A stretch of DNA of 64,000 nucleotides. Source: Hormiphora californensis. Lineage: Eukaryota; Animalia; Ctenophora. Under the pieces are notes generated by a model. That model made no database searches, had not been told where the DNA came from, and was given only the letters and a program-made list of their open reading frames with translations. A program made the position numbers and the translations under genes. Shown here one piece after another: positions 48,229-61,474 of this stretch (its first letter is position 1; the number at the start of each line of letters is the position of its first letter). The stretch lies in contig CM035358.1 of assembly GCA_020137815.1 (NCBI GenBank), positions 6,138,001-6,202,000 of the forward strand, given 5' to 3'.

Positions 48229-51112
48229 ATGTCACTGTCAGACAGGATTAAAGGAGAGTTAGAGAACTTCGGTCTGGAAGAACCCTCAGAAAATGTTCTT
48301 GATAAACTGACGGGCCTGTGTTCCTCCCTGGACTTGAAACCATCTGATCTGGCAGACCAGTGGATGGCATTCTCTGTCAACAACTGGTAGGACAATGTTC
48401 CCTCTTGCTTGCCCCAACCAACCCCTCCCCTATGTAGTCTCTTTTCTCGGTCAACAACTGGTAGGACAATGTTCCCTCTTGCCCCAATCAACCCCTCCCC
48501 TATAATGTAGTATGTACTGAACTCTCCCCCGGCCCCCCTCTGTTATAAAACTGGACCCACATCTTATCTGTACTTGACCCACATCTTATCTGTACTGAAC
48601 CCCGGCCTTCCCTCTGTACTGCAACCCCCGGCCTTCCCTCTGTACCCCTCCCACCCGGCCCCCGTATCCCCAATTTCTGTTTTCATTCCAGTAACCTAGA
48701 ACTAGACATAGATGGTGTAGGGAAATTTGAACGGTTTGCTCAGACGAAGCAAGGCAAGCCGGTCGTAAAAAAGGAAAAGAAGGGTGTATTGAATGCAACT
48801 ACGAATATTGGGGATCTATTTGATGACCTGTTAGACGCCTACATACCAGATAGCTCGCCTCTGCGATCACAGGTGAACACGTTATGATGATTATTATAGT
48901 AAACAGGTGAGTAAATATCGGATAATCAAGAGGTTCGGAAATTAGTTTTTGAGTATCTATTACTTTAAATCAGCTTTTAAGATTATTTTTCACACCCCCT
49001 ATATAATTTCAGAAACGTCCCCTGGACAGTCCCAGTACGTTCAGAGTTTCCAAAGTGAGCAAGACCCCGACTAGATCCAATCAGAGTGTATCAAGGCTAT
49101 CACGTGACATGTCTACTGCAACCCTATCACCTGTTAACGCCTTCCCCAGTCAGCAAAGTTATAGTCAACGAAAAGGAACAGGTACAGATTTAGCATGAAA
49201 TAACTAAGTTGCATTTAAATGAACTCTGATTCTCATCTGGTAATAGCTGCCACTGATTTCCCATTTAGTAACCTAAATCTAGGTAACCAGGGTAACCCCC
49301 TGTAACCATAGTAACACCCATCTAGTAACCCCTAGTAATCCCCATCTTGTAACCCCTAGTGACGTCTACTGTCTAGTAACGTCTAGTGACCCCCTAGTAA
49401 CCCCCAATTGCAGGTGATGTGGTATGTACATTTAATGAGGGAGGTTTAGAGGTGGAGAACTTTACAGGGTCAGGGAGATGTCCCGAAGTTAACCTCTCAC
49501 CCTCAACACTTTCTACCAACTACCAGTACATGTTCCAGAAGGTATAAGTCATTGTTGTAAACTTGTTAAAGAAATCGTCGATTTAGCATTTTAGCAGTAC
49601 TAAGAATCAATTAAAAATCGACTTAGAACTTTGAACGCCCAACAGATATATCTCTCACCCCTCATTTGTTGAACTTTAAAGTTTAAAGACCTTCTAAAAT
49701 TCACATTGACAGGGCGGGATAGGGTGCCTAAAACTGAGATAGCTACGAAACGATTATCATTTTAACGCCTTCTATTCTGCAGTTATCCGCCAAGACTGAA
49801 TCTCTGGATGAGCATCTGGAGATAATGACAGCAACACTGGCACAATTTCACGGAGGGGCAGAGTTTGAGAGCCTGTGTATTCCATCACAGGTTGGTCAAC
49901 AAGAAACAAAAACTTAGTTTTAGGGGGGGGGGGGTTAGGATATGAAACTGACTTTTTCATCAACTTCTTCTTATTATTGTTCTAAATGCTGCCCTAATCT
50001 TTAACGCTGCCCTAATCTTTAATGCTGCCCTAATCTTTAATAGCGTGATTCCCCAAGCACTTGCCCCTGTCTCCAATTACAGGGTACTACCAGAGTTGTG
50101 GGTAGGGTGTGTGGAGAGGGAGTGGGTAGGTTAACACCCAGCACAGTCTGTCTCGAGGGAGGTTTGGAGGTGAGCCACGGAAAACGGACCTCGCTCGATT
50201 TACGGTAAGCTCAAAGAGATACATAGTTGTCACCATGTCCTACTGCTTCAGTTGAAGTATCATACATCATCCCTTGATTCTTACCCCCCCCCCCCCCACC
50301 AGCCACCTCCCTAGGTTTCCTAATTGCCTAAACTAACCCCCTGCACCCTCCCAGGTTTCCTAATTGCCTCAACTAACCCCCTGCACCCTCCCAGGAATGT
50401 GTCTCAACTAACCCCCTGCCACCTCCCAGGTCTCCTAATTGTCTCAACTAAACCCCTGCACCCTCCCAGGTTTCCTAATTGTCTAAACTAAACCCCCTGC
50501 ACCCTCCCAGGAACATGTCTAAACTAACCCCCTGCACCCTCCCAGGAACGTGTCTTCCTATGCCTTGTTTCCAGGGCAGATCATTGCAGTTGAAGGGACT
50601 AACCCGACCGGCAGAAACTTTGTTGCAACCAAAATACTCCCATCTGTCCCTATAAAACAGGTTTGGGTCCAGGATATAATTCTTTTGTGCTGTTTACAGT
50701 CTGAACAAATATATCAAAGAGATCATCTCTCCATGAAAATTAAACCATTCTCCCATCTGGGCAGGGGGCCAAAGAATCGGACGAGAATAGCAGTGGTTTA
50801 ACGGTTATGGGGGCATGTGGTCCCTTTACATCACAGGATAGTCTGTCCTATGAACCTCTCAAGGATTTATTGGAGGTACGTGGTGTTATACATTATTAGG
50901 GAGTATAATCCCGGATAGCTCAGAGAGGTACGTGGTGTACGCAATAAATTAGGGGGTGCGTATATTAATCCCGGATAACCCGGATACTGGATAGCTATAT
51001 TATCGATAGCTGGTACGTGGAGTAGTGTACATAAACTGCAATTTTGTTTCCGGCATAAAATGAGAAAGAGAAAGAAAGATGGGGGGAGAGAGAGGAAGAA
51101 AAAACGAGAGAT

Positions 51113-51185
<73 letters not shown>

Positions 51186-53026
51186 GAAAAAACGAGAGAT
51201 AGAGAGAGAAAGGGACCAAAAAACAGAGAGAAGGAGAGAGATTATTATTGGTGAAAGCTACCGTTCCTTTGAGATTGTATGAAATGATCGATTGGCTGTA
51301 AATTTCATGCAATCAGTGCTGAGACAATCTTCAGTTCTTTCAACATATATATATCCCCCTCCCCTTCCAGAAAGTGCGAGATGAACATCCCGACGTCTTG
51401 GTCCTCTTGGGACCCTTTGTGGACACCAAACACCCTCTAATTGAGAAGGGTGACACTGGAGACATGACACTTGATCAGCTGTTTCAATCACAGATCTCTC
51501 ATATCAGCAAGAATGTTCCTGATTATACCAGGGTAAGTAACCAGCATGTAACCATGGTGTAACCATGCATGGTAACTGGGGACTATGGTTTAGTAATTAG
51601 TGACTTTGGGGCTTAAATGCATTCTATGGTCACTAGCAACCATTCTACTCTTTAACCACTAGTAACCACTAGCATTCAATTGCTTCCTTTTTCTTCGAAT
51701 TTTGATTGGAAAAGATTGTGAAATAACACTTTTGGAGGGGCCAGGAGCACTTGTAGAAATACACAGGAGGGATAAGGGGAGAGAGGGACAGAGAGAGAGA
51801 GAGAGAGAGAGAAAGGGCCATTTCTTGGAATTTGTTTTGAGAGGTCAATATAGTTATTACACGCGGATATACACATATTACTTGCGCTTATTGTGGGTGC
51901 TACTATGCGATCCTCCCTCTCTTGCTTCTATCCTTCTGGTTCTCACCGCGAGAAAAACAAAGCAGGATGAACCTCAATTTTCGTTGACTTCCTTCTTTGC
52001 ACCCTCTTCTTACCAACAAATAATGGACCAATAATACCCCACACACTATCCCCCACTCCACTCTGAAATCCCTCTACTCTCTTAGATCCACATTCCACCA
52101 CATTCCACCCCTCTCTCCCACACAGGTGATATTGGTACCATCTCAGCGTGATGCAGTGTGTGACACAGTGTACCCTCAACCCTCCCCCACTACCACAACC
52201 ACTCTACCACCCAATGTTACCCTGGTACCTGATCCGTGTCTGGTTCAGCTTGGAAATGTATCTCTCGCTCTAACATCAACAGATGTACTGTTTCATCTTA
52301 GTTCTGAAGAGGTTTGTTTGTTTGTTTGTTTGTTTGTTTGTCTGTTTGTCTGTTTGTTTGTTTGGTTGTTTGTTTGTTTGTTTGGTTGTTTGTTTGTTTG
52401 TTTGTTTGTTTGTTTGTTTGTTTGTTTGTTTGTTACTTTGTTTGTTTGTTTGTTTGTTTGTTTGTTTGTTTGTTTGTTTGTTTGTTACTAAACCATTGGG
52501 TACGTTGCTGTGTGGCTCACACCGTGACTGTGGTTGGGTTACGAAATAACCCCTCTAGAGACCTTCGAGCGCTGGCAAGGGAGGGGTATCTTCGTTACCA
52601 AGACATACTGTGTTATCATTACCATTACCTAGTTTTACCCATTTCCTAGTTTTCCTAATCCTGTCTATTGACCACATATTCTTCTAACTCATATCATTTC
52701 AGATGTCCCACCCTCCTGGCTCAGACAGAATGGGTCGTCTTGCTGGACACCTCCTTGACCAAAACAACTTCTACCCTCTCTTCCCTGGCTCAGATGACTG
52801 CAATATCGACTACCCCCACTTTATTAAACACTGCTTCTTTGACCACAAGCCCGATGTTCTAGTGTTGCCCTCGGATCTGCGATTTTTTGTTAAGAATGTA
52901 AAGGATACTGTGGTTGTAAACCCGGGGAAACTGGCGAAGGGAGCAGGGACATTCTTTAGGATGAGAGTCAGGGGTGGGACTGGGAAAGTGACTGAGAGCA
53001 CATATGTTAACGTGGTGAAGATTTGA
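48229..53026 (+). CDS. POLA2: DNA polymerase alpha subunit B
   Basis: Eleven exons: 48229-48386, 48692-48872, 49013-49181, 49414-49541, 49783-49890, 50083-50204, 50546-50660, 50765-50875, 51371-51532, 52126-52311, 52703-53026. Motifs YALFPGQIIAVEGTNPTG, ACGPFT, PDVLVLLGPFVD, VYPQP, FYPLFP, PDVLVLPSDL and NPGKLAKG. Confidence 0.96.
50310..50546 (+). repeat. ~40-bp tandem copies of the POLA2 exon-7 branch point and acceptor
   Basis: AACTAACCCCCTGCACCCTCCCAG|G about six times. Confidence 0.9.
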
Positions 53027-53525
53027 GGGAGAGAGAGTATTTGAAAAGAAAAAGAACTATCTTTTTAACCATTTTATTTGATTTTTGTCAGCCATATAAC
53101 CTCTTTGTACAGATATTATATTCTTAATATTCTTAGCTCCACACCGTTAAAATATGCAGTCGTTTTTCTCACCATCCCGCGTTCTGGAGTCACTCCCAGT
53201 GAAGACTAGCTGACGCGCGCAGTTTTTGTGTAAAAAGCACAACTTTTCAGCTGACGCGCTTAGTCTTTCGCTGGGAGTTCCAGATCGAGTTTCAGGACAC
53301 AGCATCTGGCTGGAATCGTGTCTTTGTACATAATTTGGTCATCGTCGGAACAGAAAAAGTGAAACAAATCGGTTCACAAAACATGCAATCTTTGAAAACT
53401 AAAAAGGACACATAAACACTTGTGATAAACAGTTGGCAAAATTTAAAAGTAGGTGACGAGATTAAAATATTGAGGATAAACGATTCCAGTTCCACACTAA
53501 AAAACACTACAAGTCCAATATCATT

Positions 53526-55850
53526 CTAGGCATTCAAAAAGGAGAGAACCTCATCAACATCATCAGCAGATCCCAGGTAGATAGGAACACGCATGTGAAG
53601 TCCTGTAGGAACAACGTCCAACACTCTCTCATTTCCACGTCCTGTGACGGCTTTTCCTCCGGCCTAGAGGGGGATAGAAGGTGTTACTTGAAAGTAGAGA
53701 GATAATCATATCTATAGTTCACTGGTTATATCAATAAAGATACGAATATGTTCCTGTTTCACGGGTCTCAATTATAGTTATCGAGATCTGACAATCTACT
53801 GACCTGTTCCATGATAAATGCCATGGGGTTACACTCGTACAGCAGTCTCAGTTTACCATTCACGGCACTAGAACTAGCGGGGTACATAAAGATTCCTCCA
53901 TAGCAAATGGTTCTGTGCACATCAGCAACCATTGAACCAACGTATCGGGCACCTCGAGGTTTCCCAGTCTCAGGGAATTTGCAATGGTGGAAGTATTTGA
54001 GGAGTTTTTCGTCCAGGTAGGATGAGTTTCCTTCGTTTACTGAGTAGATCTTTCCCTGCAAAAAAGAGGGAATAATGTTGGGCAAAAAGCTCCCCAACAG
54101 GGAATCGAACCCTGGTCGCCCGCGTGACAGGCGGGAATACTCACCACTATACTATTGAGGAGACATTATAATAGCAATTCCGCGCGCTTAATATCACAAT
54201 TAAGCCACTATGAGCCCGGTATTATTTGATCTAGGGTAAACCGGGGCAAAATGGTTAACTTTTTACTTAATCGGTTCTCACTCCCATTTAAAAAAAGATA
54301 CAATGAAAAAAATTATATAGGATTAAAGTTCATTATTTTATCTTTCAAATAAGATAAATTTCAACTATAGGGACCATCATTTACTTAACTAAATAACTAA
54401 TTGAAAAATTTTGGTCGGAAAAATTGGTACCGGGGCAATTCGAGCATCACCAATAGGAGTGCTTTATTTCGTCACGTGGGAGTCACGTGAACGTCCTCAC
54501 AACACCAGAAGAAGATTCCCGCCTGGTGTTGTTAGAGGTGGGGGCAATTCGAACAATGTAATCTACACGCAATCTACACGCTGGTCGTTCTTGCTCGAAT
54601 TGCCCCGGTATCACGCGTGATCACGTGGTGCAAAGAACTGCACATCATTGGCCCGGGAGTTAACCAAATTGCCCCGGTGTGTTAACCAAATTGCCCATGT
54701 TCGAATTGCCCCGGTTGTTCGAATTGCCCCGGTAATCTTAATTTACCAGAATTTGGAATGAAAACATGCGAATATTTGAATAATTTTTATACCATCTGAA
54801 AGCTGATATTATTAGCTTTCAGCTGGTTTTTTCAAATCGGAAATTGACCAACTTAAACCGGATCTAGAGCCTATTTAGTGGTAACGGGCAGGCTCGAACG
54901 AGCAGTTTTCTTCTGGAGATAGGATGACGTCATTATGATAGCTTAACTAGGTGAGAGACGGGCAGTACTATGTTCGAATTGCCCCAGTTGTTCGAATTGC
55001 CCCGGTTTACCCTACTAATGCAAATCTAAAATACCGTCTACCCCATTTACAAAGATTACTCATCAACGCAGTATAGCTTAAATCTGAATTCTGATATGTA
55101 ATTAGAATTTAGAAAAATGAAAAAGAAAAGCTCTCCTTTCGGAAGTTTGGCATACGAATTAATTTAGGTCCGAACTTGAAACTGATAAGTGATTGTGGCT
55201 TAGATTTTATATGCTTAAATTTCCCGTTTCTTTAAAATTGAAAGAAAAAGTGGGGAAACAAAAAGCTCCCCAACAGGGAATCGAACCCTGGTCGCCCGCG
55301 TGACAGGCGGGAATACTCACCACTATACTATTGAGGAGACGTTCAAATTGCAATTCAAGGTTTTATATTCCGTAACTGCGTCACAATGTTTTACTTTTAT
55401 TTTGGTTTTGCAATTGCATGATTGGGCCAAAAAAAAGTAAAAAGGACGATTGAAACTGGTTTACAGAATATAAAATAAACCTGCAACATTTTCGCAAAAG
55501 TCCGACGAACCAGATTTGAACTGGTGACCTAAGGATTACAACGGTGGGGTACCTCTACAGTCCTCCGCTCTACCAACTGAGCTACCGTCGGGACAAACAT
55601 TTTGATATTGACAATAATTTATACGCGACAGTTGTTCAAAAGAGGCTTGTTTTGTTATCTGATAGAAGACCATCATGCAAACAAGACGTTCTCTCTCTCA
55701 CCTTCTTGGGGACCTTCATATCATGAGCAGTGAGAATGAATTCTCCGATAGAGGGGTCCAGGGTAAATCCATTGACCCCATTTCCAGTTGAGATAACCAT
55801 CATACAGGCAGTTCCAAAGACACAGTACCCAGCTGCTACCAGTTTGTTAC
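53526..55850 (-). CDS. FBP1: Fructose-1,6-bisphosphatase, last three exons (5' exons not found in the window)
   Basis: Exons 55850-55702, 54055-53804, 53663-53526. Motifs [60 protein letters not shown] and RVPIYLGS. Confidence 0.95.
54090..54161 (-). tRNA. trnD: tRNA-Asp(GTC)
   Basis: TCCTCAATAGTATAGTGGTGAGTATTCCCGCCTGTCACGCGGGCGACCAGGGTTCGATTCCCTGTTGGGGAG folds as a cloverleaf and is followed by TTTTT. Confidence 0.97.
54234..55012. mobile_element. pogo-like MITE
   Basis: TA|GGGTAAACCGGGGCAA ... TTGCCCCGGTTTACCC|TA with subterminal CGAATTGCCCCGG repeats. Confidence 0.9.
55266..55337 (-). tRNA. trnD: tRNA-Asp(GTC), identical second copy
   Basis: Same 72-nt sequence with a T-run terminator. 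Confidence 0.97.
55501..55591 (-). tRNA. trnY: tRNA-Tyr(GTA) with an 18-nt intron (55537-55554)
   Basis: CCGACGGTAGCTCAGTTGGTAGAGCGGAGGACTGTAG[intron]ATCCTTAGGTCACCAGTTCAAATCTGGTTCGTCGGA. The intron is at the canonical 37/38 position, and TTTT lies downstream. Confidence 0.96.
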
Positions 55851-57309
55851 CTGAGGGAATTAGGGGCTAATTAGGAGGGGGGTTTAGGGGGTAAATTAGA
55901 GGGATTTAGGGGGTAAATTAGGGGCTAATTGGAGGGTTTTAGGGGGTAAATTAGGGGCTAGTAAGACGGTTTTAGGGGGTAAATTAGGGGCCAATTAATG
56001 GCGGAGCCGGGTTGGTTTGTCATCAGCCCTATGATTGATGTGCACCCAGTGGGTGTGCTAGTTTGATGAAATTTTGGAAAATGGATCTGCTTCTAATCCA
56101 CTGTACGTTCAGTATGATGAGTGACCAGGAATGCTTCTGAAAGATCTATTTTTAGACAATCAGCTTGGAATCCAAGGTGGATATCATTAAGACCCCATGA
56201 TGACTACAACAAGGCTACAACAAGGCTACAACAATTCGACATGGATTCGATATTCAATTAAGATTCAGAGAGATAAAGATGGGAGGATTCCGTGTTCACT
56301 GTTCTTCAGAATTAGAAACCCAGTGCCAGTTTGTTCTAACGGCATCCTTTACAACAATACCGGGGCACGGCGAGGGTCGAGCTTGTTATGTTATCTAACC
56401 CTTGGGGAGAGGAGGATAGTGAGAGAGTACGTGCCAGTATGACTGGGCCAGTGAAAATGTTGGTTAAGACAGCAAAAAGCTATTAATAGATACACCTGAA
56501 AGGGATTGGGTCGTGATAATCCCGTTTTGACTATTTCCATCCGATTTTCACACCCTATTTCTCATGTTGATCGCCCTACAACAAGCAATTGCAAAACGTG
56601 AGGGGTAAACCTTATAAAGAGCCACGCCGCCCCAATCCTCCGGCCTAAGACTGCGACTTGATCTCGTGCTGTTACAACATAGTGCTGCTGTGCAGTTGAA
56701 TTCCGGCTTGTATGATCTGTCTTTTTCCAGGAATTATTGGGCTCATGTTATGCCGTTATGGAAAGTATTGCGTATTCCTTACCCCTCCCTGCCATACCCC
56801 TTTCATCCTGTTTTGTTCTTTGTTTTAATTATTATTCAAACTAGTGAGAGTCGAACAAGGCAAATGTGCTAACCCTCGTTGTGAGAGGGTACTCGAGAAA
56901 GGTCACTTCAGCTCCACAAGTTCTCGTTAATAAGCTGCAGCCTCTAATACGGTATTGTAAAAGCCTGGAGAGAAACAGTGATTCCTTTTACTAAATGGGA
57001 TCACTCTTTACACTTCAGTTTATCTTTGTCGGTAATTGTTTGATCAATTCATTTCGATATTCAGTAACTGGAGGTACTATAGATAATTATTCGAGAAGCA
57101 TTGTTAAAAACGGACATAATATCATCAAAATACAGCCCCCCAATTTCCACATTATTCCAACTCCGATATCTCTAAAATATCGATAAATGCCAATTTCATT
57201 ATCACATGTGTGCACCATGAACGGTCACGTTTAGCATTCTACGTGACTTGTTGTTGTGTTACCCAATATTATTGAGTCAAGATACCCTGGTATCGCCTGT
57301 TCAGTGTTC

Positions 57310-58656
57310 ATGTTAGATAACAATATATTACCCAATGTTAGATAACAATAGCTATTACCCAATGTTAGATAACAATATATTACCCAATGTTAGATAACAA
57401 TATATTACCCAATGTTAGATAACAATATATTACCCAATGTTAGATAACAATATATTACCCAATGTTAGATAACAATATATTACCCAATGTTAGATAACAA
57501 TAGATTACCCAATGTTAGATGACAATATATTACCCAATGTTAGATAACAATAGATTACCCAATGTTAGATAACAATATATTACCCAATGTTAGATAGCAA
57601 TATATTACCCAATGTTAGATATAACAATAGCTATTACCCAATGTTAGATAACAATATATTACCCAATGTTAGATAACAATATATTACCCAATGTTAGATA
57701 ACAATATATTACCCAATGTTAGATAACAATATATTACCCAATGTTAGATAACACTATATTACCCAATGTTAGATAACAATAAATTACCCAATGTTAGATA
57801 ACAATATATTACCCAATGTTAGATAACAATAGCTATTACCCAATGTTAGATAACAATATATTACCCAATGTTAGATAACAATATATTACCCAATGTTAGA
57901 TAACAATATATTACCCAATGTTAGATAACACTATATTACCCAATGTTAGATAACAATATATTACCCAATGTTAGATAACAATATATTACCCAATGTTAGA
58001 TAACAATATATTACCCAATGTTAGATAACAATATATTACCCAATGTTAGATAACAATATATTACCCAATGTTAGATAACAATATATTACCCAATGTTAGA
58101 TAACAATATATTACCCAATGTTAGATAACAATATATTACCCAATGTTAGATAACAATATATTACCCAATGTTAGATAGCAATATATTACCCAATGTTAGA
58201 TATAACAATAGCTATTACCCAATGTTAGATAACAATATATTACCCAATGTTAGATAACAATATATTACCCAATGTTAGATAACAATATATTACCCAATGT
58301 TAGATAACAATATATTACCCAATGTTAGATAACAATATATTACCCAATGTTAGATAACAATATATTACCCAATGTTAGATAACAATATATTACCCAATGT
58401 TAGATAACAATATATTACCCAATGTTAGATAACAATATATTACCCAATGTTAGATAACAATATATTACCCAATGTTAGATAACAATATATTACCCAATGT
58501 TAGATAACAATATATTACCCAATTTTAGATAACAATCTAGATTACCCAATGTTAGATAACAATAAATTACCCAATGTTAGATAACAATCTAGATTACCCA
58601 ATGTTAGATATAACAATATATTACCCAATGTTAGATAACAATAGCTATTACCCAAT
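57310..58656. repeat. 25-bp tandem repeat, about 53 copies
   Basis: TATTACCCAATGTTAGATAACAATA. Confidence 0.97.
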
Positions 58657-59538
58657 CTTGTAAAGGAGGACTATGTCGTTATTACAGCTGTCTGCATGAC
58701 AGTGCATATAGCCTAATCTACTGATCAACAGTATCGATGTCGAGTTATAGTTGCATCACCATCGTCCAATTGCTAGGTAAAGAGAGAGAGCTTAACTTTG
58801 TTTATGTGTTTGCATAGCATATGTTACTAGGTGTGCACTTACTATTATAATGTTACGTAACATCTTATCGCAATATATATAAAGGCCAATTTGAGGGTTC
58901 ATTTAAGCCAGTCATCATATTTTTTCTCATAATTCGTTCTGGAATGATCAGGTTCTTAATTTTAACATCGTCCAGGTTAATTTCATGTGTATAATATTTC
59001 TAGTAAGTCATGAGTATACTGCAGTAGACTAAACATTCCAGTTATAATGACACCTTTTGACGCGGTATTACGTAAGGGTCAATGGATATATGGAAATATA
59101 TTGCTGTCAGCAACCCATTGTTGACGTGTTCACTGTGTTTGATTGTGTGTCAGATATGTGTGTCGGATATGTGTCGGAAAGGGTGTGGTGATGGTATTGT
59201 TGTGTAACCCATAGTGATGGTACCGGGGTGGTTATAGTAGTAGAGGGGTGAGACAGGGTCGAACAAGGCAAGGTATTGTTGTTGTGGTACTGTGGTAGTA
59301 CCATAATGAGGAACCAGACTGCTAGGAGCTGTGGATACAATGTGGCACCGGCCTTCTTGCCCAAATAATACAGCTCCCACGCCCAATTGTTGTGATGTTG
59401 CCCAATAATCAGTTGTTGTTACCAGGTGCACCTGGGGCCCATTATGTTATGGTTGTGCAATAATATTGTTAAGCATATAAATCCTTTGTCACTTGTCAGA
59501 TCCGAGTAGTAATTGTCCAGTGACGTACGGGTGAGATT

Positions 59539-60302
59539 ACTAACGGGTGACAACTAAAAATTGTTACTAATTTAAAACAGCTGTAGAATTTTTCCCTTTT
59601 GAGATACAGCTTCGGGCCAGCGATAGAACGATTTTTCAGACAATTTTGAATCAGAAAAACATAACGGCGATGACTAAAACGTTCATTCTCATAGCGATAT
59701 CGGATCATTTCCTCTTGCCCCACCAAAGCATATAGTCCGTGAAATCTACACGTTTTTCTAGCACCTCTAGCGCCTGTTCTAGTCGAAATACAGCTTCGGG
59801 ACAGTGATAGAATGATTTTTCAGACAATTTTGAACGAAATTAACTTTGCTTCAAACTTCATAAATCTCAATTTCCTGATCAGAATCTTCTGTAACAAAGC
59901 GTAGTTTACAGGTAATTTGAGAAATCGCCATTTCAACATCTCTCGAAACATTATTGACCGTGGAAACCCAACTTCCCAATGAGCCAAAATCTTCAAATTT
60001 GGCAGTTATGTTGGTTATGGCATGAACAACTAGACTTCCAATTATGAGAATTCTATCTCATCGGGAAGGTCGTTTTTGAAAACATAGAAGTTTCAAATCT
60101 CCGTACTACATGCTTTGGTGGGGCAAGAGGAAATGATCCGATATCGCTATGAGAATGAACGTTTTAGTCATCGCCGTTATGTTTTTCTGATTCAAAATTG
60201 TCTGAAAAATCGTTCTATCGCTGGCCCGAAGCTGTATCTCAAAAGGGAAAAATTATACAGCTGTTTTAAATTAGTAACAATTTTTAGTTGTCACCCGTTA
60301 GT
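59539..60302. mobile_element. MITE with ~190-bp TIRs
   Basis: ACTAACGGGTGACAACTAAAAATTG... mirrored at the right end. The ORF track shows the same peptide on both strands. Confidence 0.9.
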
Positions 60303-61029
60303 CTAGGAATCACTGAGGTTTACTGCTTATATAAAGGATCACACCACCCGCTTGACTCTTGTTGAGCCTTTCCTCGCTCGACTATAGTCTCTCTCACCAC
60401 ACTATACCTGAAGCCCAACCTCTTTGTAAATCTATAGCGGTTTGATTATGATTCTATGTTAATTAATATTACTAATATTATTAGCCTCGCCCACCACCAC
60501 TGTAATGTCTATCAGTAAACCGATCTTTGCAACTACGTTGGTTGTTAGATCACTCGTCTAATTCGAACTTTCTGGGGTGGGCCAATATCGGCCTTGAATC
60601 AAATCGTCTAATTAACTATGCAGCTGGAAATATCCCGCTGCATTAGAGGTAGGTCGAATTAGATAAGTAGGTAGGTAGGTCGAATATATAATTGCACGGT
60701 CAACCTAGTATCTTCATGGGGTACAGCCATGACATCATATTCTTGATAATTAGCACATTGGTCCAATTGATGAAGTACGTGATATTGATGGTCCTAGGAA
60801 ACTCTTTGAATATGCAATTAACATTATCATTATTACTACTGAGAAAGAGAGTTTTAATAAAGAGCTGAAATAGGGAGTGGACTAGTTGTAGGGAGTGGAG
60901 GATTATATAAATGAGAGATCTCAAGAGAGGCTTTGTGTTTCGGTAGCAAGATTGGCTGTTGCTAGAGCTGTTCGTCGAATTGTGCATCATGCAGCTGCCT
61001 CTTTATTTGGCCATATGATATATCAAATG

Positions 61030-61474
61030 ACTAGATCCAAAAACCAAACAAGTTTGGTGGACAGCCGGGGCCGCAGAAATTTAAAATCGTGCGAAAGTTT
61101 TGATACATGAACTTTCGGGGCCTGGGTGCTGTTAAATTCGCGTTTCCATGATTATAACCAATAACATTTTCAAACTATACGCCAGGAAAACTAGTGCAAT
61201 GATCAAACCATTAATTCATTCCACATTATCATAAATACAGATCCACGCATGTCACATATATTTACTGTGCACAGTGGGTCGTTTCAGAGTCTGTTTTACA
61301 GAATAATATTATTCTGATAATAATAGTGTGTCTTGAAAGAACGGCTGACTATCATGGAAACGCGAATTTAACAGCACCCCAGGACCCGAAAGTTCATGTA
61401 TCAAAACTTTCGCACGATTTTAAATTTCTGCGGCCCCGGCTGTCCACCAAACTTGTTTGGTTTTTGGATCTAGT
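61030..61474. mobile_element. MITE with ~120-bp TIRs
   Basis: ACTAGATCCAAAAACCAAACAAG ... CTTGTTTGGTTTTTGGATCTAGT. Confidence 0.9.

Noticed and set aside
53184-53283. SECIS element
   Set aside because: The neighbouring genes have no in-frame Sec TGA and the quartet and apical-AA geometry is not met.
57310-58656. CRISPR-like array (also considered for 16817-16984 and 1282-2005)
   Set aside because: The repeats are head-to-tail with no unique spacers, the context is eukaryotic and there are no cas genes.
59107-59431. Minus-strand ORFs as missing FBPase exons
   Set aside because: There are no FBPase motifs such as DPLDGSSN anywhere in 55851-64000 that I could find.
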